Shown here piece after piece: positions 57,543 through 64,000 of a stretch of DNA of 64,000 nucleotides. The position numbers were made by a program, and so were the translations under genes. Source of the stretch: Candidatus Obscuribacteraceae bacterium (GTDB lineage Bacteria > Cyanobacteriota > Vampirovibrionia > Obscuribacterales > Obscuribacteraceae); contig JBGASG010000005.1 of NCBI GenBank assembly GCA_044229845.1, forward strand, positions 320,001 to 384,000, read 5' to 3'. Each line of letters begins with the position of its first letter. Position 1 is the stretch's first letter. Below the pieces are notes generated by a model. That model saw nothing but the letters and a program-made list of their open reading frames with translations. It made no database searches and had not been told where the DNA came from.

Positions 57543-58154
57543 TTAGCGCCGTCCACCCGCTACTGGTTGGCGCGCCGGAGCCGTTATGGGCGGACGATTT
57601 CCCAGTCCCATGCGGTGCATGCCGCGCAGGTCTGCTCTGGAAGGCTTGCAAACTTTGCCGAGAACGTAGTCAGCCAGCGGCAGAACGACGTTGTAGTTGG
57701 TATTGCCATGCACATGGTGCAGGTAATGGTGTCTGGCCAGGTATTTGAAGACCGGGTAATCGGCAAAGAAACGTTGCTCCGGCTTATGCATCTCCAGGTG
57801 AATCAAGTTCCACAGCTTGTGGTGGAGGCAGACAACAGCAACGAAAGTGACTGCACAGGGCCAGGAGAATATGGAAATCAGAGCGGCCACCGGCAGTGCT
57901 TCAAAAAATCCTTCCCGTACACTCAGCTTCAGACCGCGCTCCATGCCACGCGGCACCGGTTCATCGCGAAACTGTTTGTGGTACTGCCCGTGATGCAAAA
58001 TCGCATGGTGATCGAAAACTTTCTTGATCACTGGAAACCGGCAGAGCCAACTTTTGCGATGCATCAAATACCTGTGCACACCGTGCTCGATGAAAGACAT
58101 CAGCACTGTCGACACTATTAAAGCCAACAAAAATTGGACGATCAGATTGAACAT
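57543..58154 (-). CDS. Fatty-acid hydroxylase/sterol desaturase-like membrane protein
   Basis: His boxes HRYLMH, HAILHH, H..MH, HYLHH and NYNV motif. Confidence 0.7.
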   Translation of the reverse strand: MFNLIVQFLLALIVSTVLMSFIEHGVHRYLMHRKSWLCRFPVIKKVFDHHAILHHGQYHKQFRDEPVPRGMERGLKLSVREGFFEALPVAALISIFSWPCAVTFVAVVCLHHKLWNLIHLEMHKPEQRFFADYPVFKYLARHHYLHHVHGNTNYNVVLPLADYVLGKVCKPSRADLRGMHRMGLGNRPPITAPARQPVAGGRR

Positions 58155-58294
58155 CGAGAGTCTCAATAGGATTCCAGACCAACGGTACCACGAACAGTGG
58201 CAATAGCCAGCAGTCAGGCGGCATTAATTAAGCCGCTGGACCACTGTATTAAATGCATTATCCGATGGTTCAGCCGGCATTGCGGCATCTCAAA

Positions 58295-58855
58295 TCAGGC
58301 AGTGGGCGAGGATGACGGGCCCTTACGATCGAGATATTTTTGCAGGATAATCGCTGCCGCCTGCCGATCGACCAGTTCCTTTTCATGTCCGGTCTTGATG
58401 CCCTGAGCAGTCAAAGTACGGATAGCGGACACCGTGGACAAGCGTTCGTCCTCGTAAACAATCGGCAGACCGCATTCACGAGCCAGTTTAGCGCCGAATG
58501 CCTGCACTTTCTGGGCTTGCTCGCCGATGGTGTTGTCCATGTTTTTCGGCAAACCTATGACGATTTCGACAGCGCCGTGTCGCTTAGCCAGTTCCGCAAC
58601 TGCCTTCAAGTCTGTGGCCATGTTCTTGCGTGTGATCGTGTCCAGACCGGCGGCAGTAATGCCGAGCGGATCGGAGATGGCGACGCCGATGCGCCGGTCG
58701 CCTACGTCCAGTCCCAATAATCTCGGTTTCAATCGGACCTCCCGATATTTGCCGCTGTCAGAGCTCTCGTTCATCTCCGCGTCAGCGGACGCCTTGTCTT
58801 TCGCACCGTCTGTGGTGCGCACTACTTGTAGGTCTGGCCGTTGAGTAGAATCCAT
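58295..58855 (-). CDS. ruvX: RuvX/YqgF pre-16S maturation nuclease
   Basis: LGLDVGDRRIGVAISD, IGLP, DERLST and VD..AA..ILQ motifs; start uncertain. Confidence 0.9.
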   Translation of the reverse strand: MDSTQRPDLQVVRTTDGAKDKASADAEMNESSDSGKYREVRLKPRLLGLDVGDRRIGVAISDPLGITAAGLDTITRKNMATDLKAVAELAKRHGAVEIVIGLPKNMDNTIGEQAQKVQAFGAKLARECGLPIVYEDERLSTVSAIRTLTAQGIKTGHEKELVDRQAAAIILQKYLDRKGPSSSPTA

Positions 58856-59358
58856 CCGCCCTCTTCTGTTCCCTGGGGATCGTGATGCGTCCAGTGCAGC
58901 ACGCCGCCTTTTTCGTTCCAGATATATTCGCCGCGAATAAGGACGACATTTCCTGGAGATACCGGTACTCTCGGCGCCAAATCAGTATTATGCGCTACCA
59001 GGACCGTACTGCCATTATCAAGTTTAAGGAGAAACCTCTGATGACAGGGGGGACGGCGATCGTCCTCGAGGCTCCTGAGAACCGCAGCCTGCACTGTCAG
59101 CCAGACTTTGCGGGCATGATCCTGCTGGGCTTTTAGAATCTGTCCCTGGGCAACACTGACTGAATTGCCATTGCGTCCGGCGACGGCGGTCCCGCCGACC
59201 GGCGCTCCGAAGTCGGACTGGTAGCCGGGCGTGTTGGCGTAGCGCGTGTCCCCGATAGCGTTTGCAGCTGGCTGGGGCGGCGAAGCGACGCACCCGGACA
59301 GCGCCACCGAAAGGCACAGGGCAACAGTTGTCCGTACATAGAAAGTAATTGACAGCAT
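58822..59358 (-). CDS. DUF3465-like lipoprotein
   Basis: LSGC lipobox; HQRF, AHNTDLAPR, GEY.WN.KGG..HWTHHDP motifs. Confidence 0.8.
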   Translation of the reverse strand: MLSITFYVRTTVALCLSVALSGCVASPPQPAANAIGDTRYANTPGYQSDFGAPVGGTAVAGRNGNSVSVAQGQILKAQQDHARKVWLTVQAAVLRSLEDDRRPPCHQRFLLKLDNGSTVLVAHNTDLAPRVPVSPGNVVLIRGEYIWNEKGGVLHWTHHDPQGTEEGGWILLNGQTYK

Positions 59359-59585
59359 CGCTTTGTTTTGATATTTCCAATACTGGTGCGGCTTGACGCC
59401 CTGCGGGAACGTTTATCGCTGGCGATAATCTTTAGATATTGGCTTGAGATACCGACTGACTGCGTTCAATTATCCCTTAAGCCCGCCAAAGCCACGACAA
59501 AAGCCACAGAACCCTCCATCCCGTGAGGTTTTGAGAGCCCGCAAGGGTATATATACATGAGGCAACAAAGGTTTCTTCCCAGGAT

Positions 59586-60704
59586 ATGAGTTCGATTTAC
59601 CTAACCGGCGATGCATTAGAAGCTCCAGAAATTAATATGCTGGTCGCCGAACAGCAACCCGACTGGCGCGCCGTTGCCATGAACAGACTGCAGCGTTATG
59701 GACTGCGCGTGGTCAATCCGATCGTGGAGATGATTTCATCCGCCCCCTCCTCTGAAGAATCGGGTGTCGATAAGAGTGTGCGCCGGGCGCTGGATTTAAT
59801 CGACCAGTGCGACGCGCTGCTCGCCAATTTAACTTCGGCAAACGGTCCCGGAGCAGCCGGCTACGGCGGTCCCGGGTACGGTCCCGGCTACGGCACGGCG
59901 ATGGAAATTTTCTACGCGCACCGGCGCGGCAAAATGGTGACGGTCGTCGGGCAGTCGCCCTTCAATCCCTGGGTTCTGTCGCACTCGCAAGCGCGTTTCC
60001 CGAACATAGACTACGCGCTCGAATATCTGATCGGCGAACAGCCGCACGTCGACCCTTTGAGCTGGGCTCTGCAACACGAAGCTGTGGTTTCGGAACGACA
60101 TGAGCAGCTGCCTCCGCACGGTGAGCCCGATTACCAGTTTCTGGGCGGCGACTTCCCGGTGCTGGTTTTAGCGCCGCACTCATCGGCGTTTTTCCGCGAA
60201 AGCGACTTCCAGGAGCCTGACGCTTTTACAGGTACTCTGGCGGCGCTGATGCATCGATTTGCCCGCTCGCACGCGTTGCAAACCAGCTACTGCTCGGTGG
60301 CAGATCCATGCTTGCATCTGGAAACGCCCATGGTGCGTGCCCTGGCTGACATCGTCAAAACCGGGCGCATGGGTCTGGTGGTTGTGCTCCTGGGCTCGCC
60401 CTGGCACGAATCACACGGACTGATGTTGGAGACCGCCGGTCCACCCAGCGTTCAGGAGTTCGCCAGCCGGTTGCGCCTGTCACTCGGTTCACTGGAACCC
60501 GTGGCCGAAGCTCAGCCGGACAGTCAGATTGCGCCTCTGACACATTTTATCGCCGAGACTCTCAACATGCCGACGCTGGTTTTGAAAACGCACCGGCGCT
60601 ACCGCATGCCTAAACTACAGCCGGAACCATTCGTGCAACTGGTATCACGGCTGGCCGAATTCGTCGCCGACAGTGGTGTTGAACTTTTGAGAAACCGCAG
60701 CTGA
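59586..60704 (+). CDS. Nucleoside 2-deoxyribosyltransferase-like domain fused to an uncharacterised alpha/beta domain
   Basis: IYLTG, VVNP, I..CD.LLA.L and GTAMEI.YA...GK motifs; C-terminal VLAPHS. Confidence 0.6.
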   Translation: MSSIYLTGDALEAPEINMLVAEQQPDWRAVAMNRLQRYGLRVVNPIVEMISSAPSSEESGVDKSVRRALDLIDQCDALLANLTSANGPGAAGYGGPGYGPGYGTAMEIFYAHRRGKMVTVVGQSPFNPWVLSHSQARFPNIDYALEYLIGEQPHVDPLSWALQHEAVVSERHEQLPPHGEPDYQFLGGDFPVLVLAPHSSAFFRESDFQEPDAFTGTLAALMHRFARSHALQTSYCSVADPCLHLETPMVRALADIVKTGRMGLVVVLLGSPWHESHGLMLETAGPPSVQEFASRLRLSLGSLEPVAEAQPDSQIAPLTHFIAETLNMPTLVLKTHRRYRMPKLQPEPFVQLVSRLAEFVADSGVELLRNRS

Positions 60705-61024
60705 TGGGCGGCGAAATCATTGTCTTGGTGACCAGCCCGCAGCAGGATCTCAGCGAGGCGATTGCCCATCGCTTAGTTGAAGAAGGTCTGGCTGCCTGCG
60801 TCAATGTCGTGCCCGGTATCACTTCGATATACAAATGGCAGGACGAAGTACAAAAAGAGACCGAGCAACTGCTCGTCATCAAGTCACATGAGCGGCTCTG
60901 GGAGAGCCTCGAGAAGCGCATCAAGGAATTGCACTCCTATGACGTTCCGGAAATTGTGAGCATACCTTTGAAGAGCGGATTTCCACCATATCTCGAATGG
61001 ATGAATGCAAATCTGCGTACTTAA
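60704..61024 (+). CDS. cutA: Divalent-cation tolerance protein CutA
   Basis: LAACVN, SIYKW and HSYDVPEI motifs. Confidence 0.93.
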   Translation: MGGEIIVLVTSPQQDLSEAIAHRLVEEGLAACVNVVPGITSIYKWQDEVQKETEQLLVIKSHERLWESLEKRIKELHSYDVPEIVSIPLKSGFPPYLEWMNANLRT

Positions 61025-61039
61025 ACTAGAATGTAATTA

Positions 61040-62893
61040 GTGAAGCAAGAAACTGTTATTCATGTCTTCTGGGAGCGGGTCGAACAGACTCCGCATCGGC
61101 CTGCGATATTGCACAAAGTAACCGGCGAATATCGTCCGGTAGTCTGGGGTGAGTGTGGACGCATAGTCAAATTCATCGCCGCCGGTCTGCTCAAACATGG
61201 TGTCAAAAGCGGTGACAAGGTCGCCATCCTCTCCAACAGCCGATCGCAGTGGTCGTGGGCAGACATCGCCATTCTCTCGGCGCAGGGCGTGACGGTTCCC
61301 ATTTACCCGACATTGACGGCCGGTGAAGTCGACTACTTGCTCAAACACTCGGAAGCGACAGCCATTTTTCTGGAGAATGCGCGTCAACTGCAAAAGGTGA
61401 TTGCTGCCGGTGAGAAACTCTCAGAAGACCTGCGCTTCGCCGTCTTGATGGAAGGCGAGCCGCCGGAAGACTGTCCGATCAAAGTTATGAGCTGGGAGGA
61501 ATTTGCCAGAGAGGGTCAGTCTTATCTGGAACAGCATCCCGACTCAGTCAAAGAACGCATCGACGCAATTCTGGCCGGTGACGTCGCCACCATCGTCTAC
61601 ACGTCAGGCACCACCGGCATTCCCAAAGGCGTCATGCTTTTGCATCGCAACATCTATTTTGTTTGCCAGACAATCAGTCTGAACGTCGGGTTTCATCCCG
61701 ACGACATCGCACTGTCTTTCCTCCCTCTGTCGCACATCTTCGAACGCGTCGGCGGGCAGTTTCTCTGCATCTACGAAGGCATGCTGATGGCATACGCGGA
61801 GGCTATGGAGACCGTGCCGCAAAACATGATGGAGGTCAGACCGACCATCATGAATGCGGTGCCTCGATTTTACGAGAAGGCCTACAACCGCATCACCGCT
61901 GAGGTGCGCAAGATGCCGCAAGCCCAGCAATATCTGGTGCGCTGGGCACTTTCGCTTGGTCGGCGCGCCGCCAAGTTTAAAGAGCAGAGCTCGGAGAACG
62001 AACTGGACGTCGTCCACAACATCTACAAAACCGAGTTGCGCGTCGCCGACCGCATCGTCTTCTCCCGCATCAGAAGACGGTTTGGAGGCAGACTACGATT
62101 TCTGGTATCGGGCGCGGCACCACTTTCGCCGGAAGTGCAATCATTTTTCGAGTGCATCGGACTGCCGATTATCGAAGGCTATGGTTTGACAGAAACGGCT
62201 GCGCCGGTGGCCTGCAATAAGCCCACAGACGTTCGCAAGGGCACCGTCGGTAAACCGCTTCCCGGGCTGGAAGTAAAGATCGCCGAGGACGGCGAAATTC
62301 TTGTTAAAGGACCAAGCATCTTTGCCGGTTACTACAAAAATCCCGAGGCGACGGCGGAAGCGTTGACAGCGGACGGCTGGTTCCGCACCGGCGACATCGG
62401 CGAAATAGACTCTGAGGGCTACTTGCGCATTAAAGATCGCAAGAAAGACATCATCATTACATCCGGCGGCAAGCATGTGGCACCGCAATTCATCGAAAAT
62501 CTCTTCGCGGGCGAGCGCCTGGTGAGCCGCATCCTAGCCTATGGGGACAAACGCCGGTTTATTTCTGCATTGCTCACACTCAACCCGGACGGGGCGCAGC
62601 AGTTTGCGCAGCAGCACGGCATCTCGTTCTCCAGCGTCGAAGAACTGGCGCACCACCCGCTGGTGCTCGCGGAAGTGCAGGCGATTATCAACCGCAAAAA
62701 CGAGCGGCTGGCGTCCTTCGAGCAAATCAAAAAACATATCGTGTTGGAAAACGACTTCTCCATCGAAGCCGACGAGCTGACTCCCACCTTGAAGATGAAA
62801 CGCAAGTTCATCGTCGAGAAGTATCAGAAGGTACTCGATGAGCTCTACAGCGAAGAAGACGACGCGCGATTCAATACGAAAGAAGCCAGCTGA
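61040..62893 (+). CDS. Long-chain fatty acid-CoA ligase (AMP-binding)
   Basis: YTSGTTGIPKG, EGYGLTE, TGDIG and ELTPTLKMKR motifs. Confidence 0.92.
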   Translation: MKQETVIHVFWERVEQTPHRPAILHKVTGEYRPVVWGECGRIVKFIAAGLLKHGVKSGDKVAILSNSRSQWSWADIAILSAQGVTVPIYPTLTAGEVDYLLKHSEATAIFLENARQLQKVIAAGEKLSEDLRFAVLMEGEPPEDCPIKVMSWEEFAREGQSYLEQHPDSVKERIDAILAGDVATIVYTSGTTGIPKGVMLLHRNIYFVCQTISLNVGFHPDDIALSFLPLSHIFERVGGQFLCIYEGMLMAYAEAMETVPQNMMEVRPTIMNAVPRFYEKAYNRITAEVRKMPQAQQYLVRWALSLGRRAAKFKEQSSENELDVVHNIYKTELRVADRIVFSRIRRRFGGRLRFLVSGAAPLSPEVQSFFECIGLPIIEGYGLTETAAPVACNKPTDVRKGTVGKPLPGLEVKIAEDGEILVKGPSIFAGYYKNPEATAEALTADGWFRTGDIGEIDSEGYLRIKDRKKDIIITSGGKHVAPQFIENLFAGERLVSRILAYGDKRRFISALLTLNPDGAQQFAQQHGISFSSVEELAHHPLVLAEVQAIINRKNERLASFEQIKKHIVLENDFSIEADELTPTLKMKRKFIVEKYQKVLDELYSEEDDARFNTKEAS

Positions 62894-62906
62894 CGAAAAG
62901 TGGGTC

Positions 62907-63018
62907 GTGAGCAAAACTGCTCACTTCAGACCTGTCCCAGGTAGCAATTTTGCTCACGAGCATCCGATTTAATGTGATTTCGAACTTGAGCGACCCCTGA
63001 ATGAGCAATTTTGCTCAC
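62907..63018. repeat. Three palindromic GTGAGCAA(N2)TTGCTCAC-like sites
   Basis: Copies at 62907-62924, 62941-62957 and 63002-63018. Confidence 0.7.
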
Positions 63019-63214
63019 GGCGGGAGGAAACCTCGGTGGACCGCCACGAAAGAGACTCTCCTGGGATAATAAAAAGTGCTTTACATATCCTTGGCAACTA
63101 TATAAAATATAGTCGACTATTAGTCATCTCAGGCCTCATGGCCGAGAGCGCCCTCTCCCCTTACTAAGTACTCGCAACCTATGCAATTCACGCCCCCCAG
63201 AGGCTTCGCCGTTT

Positions 63215-64000
63215 ATGTTTGAATCGTTTTCGCGCGGTTTCCGGATGATCATGGCCAGCGTCAAAATGGGCTGGCAAGACAAACGCCTACTGATTCCGTC
63301 CATTCTGACCGTCTTTACCAACCTGTTCTTCGGCGTCTTGCTGTTCGCTCAAGAAGCGCAACGCATGCAACACCACGGACAAAACCTCGTCCGCCAGACT
63401 GCCGCCTTCAATCAGTCGGCCAGTGGCGGCGTCCAGGGCATGCAGAACATGCTCAATATGACGCAGCTGAATGGACCCGGCGACCAGAGCGGCTTCGACG
63501 CGCTGGGCGGTCTGTTCACCGCCGACAACGGGCTTCTGGTCACCTCGCTGGTCATGGTCTGGTGGCTGACTAACCGCTTTCTCGAAGGCGTCACCACTGC
63601 GCTCGTCTACTCCCATCTGACCGAAGGACGGGGCTCCGGCAAGTTCTCCACGGCTGTGTCCGCCGTCGTCTCCAGTCTGCCCGCCATCGTCATGCTGGGC
63701 GTCATCACCTTCATCGCTCGCCGCGCCGCCGGCTGGATGCGCAACAAGCGCAATTCAGGCGTTCTGGGCATGGGCTTTAACTTTCTGGCAGGCGTCGTCG
63801 AGGTTTTCTGGACCCTCGCCGGACACCTGATTTTGCCTGCCATCGTGATTGAGGGGACATCCTTCTGGGGCGGCATGAAGCGCGCCGATAAAATTGCCCA
63901 GGGCAACCTTTTGACCATCGGTGTCGGCGAAGTCGGCGTAGACATTATCTGCCGCCTCTCCACCTGGGGTCTCTATGGCATAGGCGCAGGCTGTTTCGCC
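63215..64000 (+). CDS. DUF6159-like membrane protein, 3'-truncated by window edge
   Basis: Manual translation MFESFSRGFRMIMASVKMGWQDKRLL...; LPAIVIEG motif; no stop before the window end. Confidence 0.65.
   Translation, partial: MFESFSRGFRMIMASVKMGWQDKRLLIPSILTVFTNLFFGVLLFAQEAQRMQHHGQNLVRQTAAFNQSASGGVQGMQNMLNMTQLNGPGDQSGFDALGGLFTADNGLLVTSLVMVWWLTNRFLEGVTTALVYSHLTEGRGSGKFSTAVSAVVSSLPAIVMLGVITFIARRAAGWMRNKRNSGVLGMGFNFLAGVVEVFWTLAGHLILPAIVIEGTSFWGGMKRADKIAQGNLLTIGVGEVGVDIICRLSTWGLYGIGAGCFA

Overview
The gene content suggests a non-photosynthetic Cyanobacteriota (Melainabacteria/Obscuribacterales-like) chromosome; this is inferred from the cbb3/cytochrome bc operon, LPS genes and overall content. 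Most of the window is housekeeping or metabolic: pdp, lipM, lysC, hutU, an acyl-CoA mutase, ppa, an RNase J paralogue, two lepB, gcvPA, pth, a fused complex III/IV operon, msbA/lpxB, menG/ubiE, secG, ruvX, cutA and a fatty acyl-CoA ligase. The outstanding feature is a ~9 kb minus-strand locus (3.6-12.7 kb). At one end is a Ubl / putative E2-like / JAB / ThiF(E1) operon; at the other is a Ro60/TROVE-like vWA gene. Between them lie seven Y-RNA-like ncRNAs sharing one closing scaffold but carrying different tRNA-mimic payloads (four are circularly permuted T-arm/closed acceptor/D-arm domains, as in YrlA). The same region holds repeated sigma70 promoter-operator cassettes, a second repeated covarying hairpin element, and three tRNA genes, two with atypical identity elements. 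All calls were made by eye and no database searches were run.
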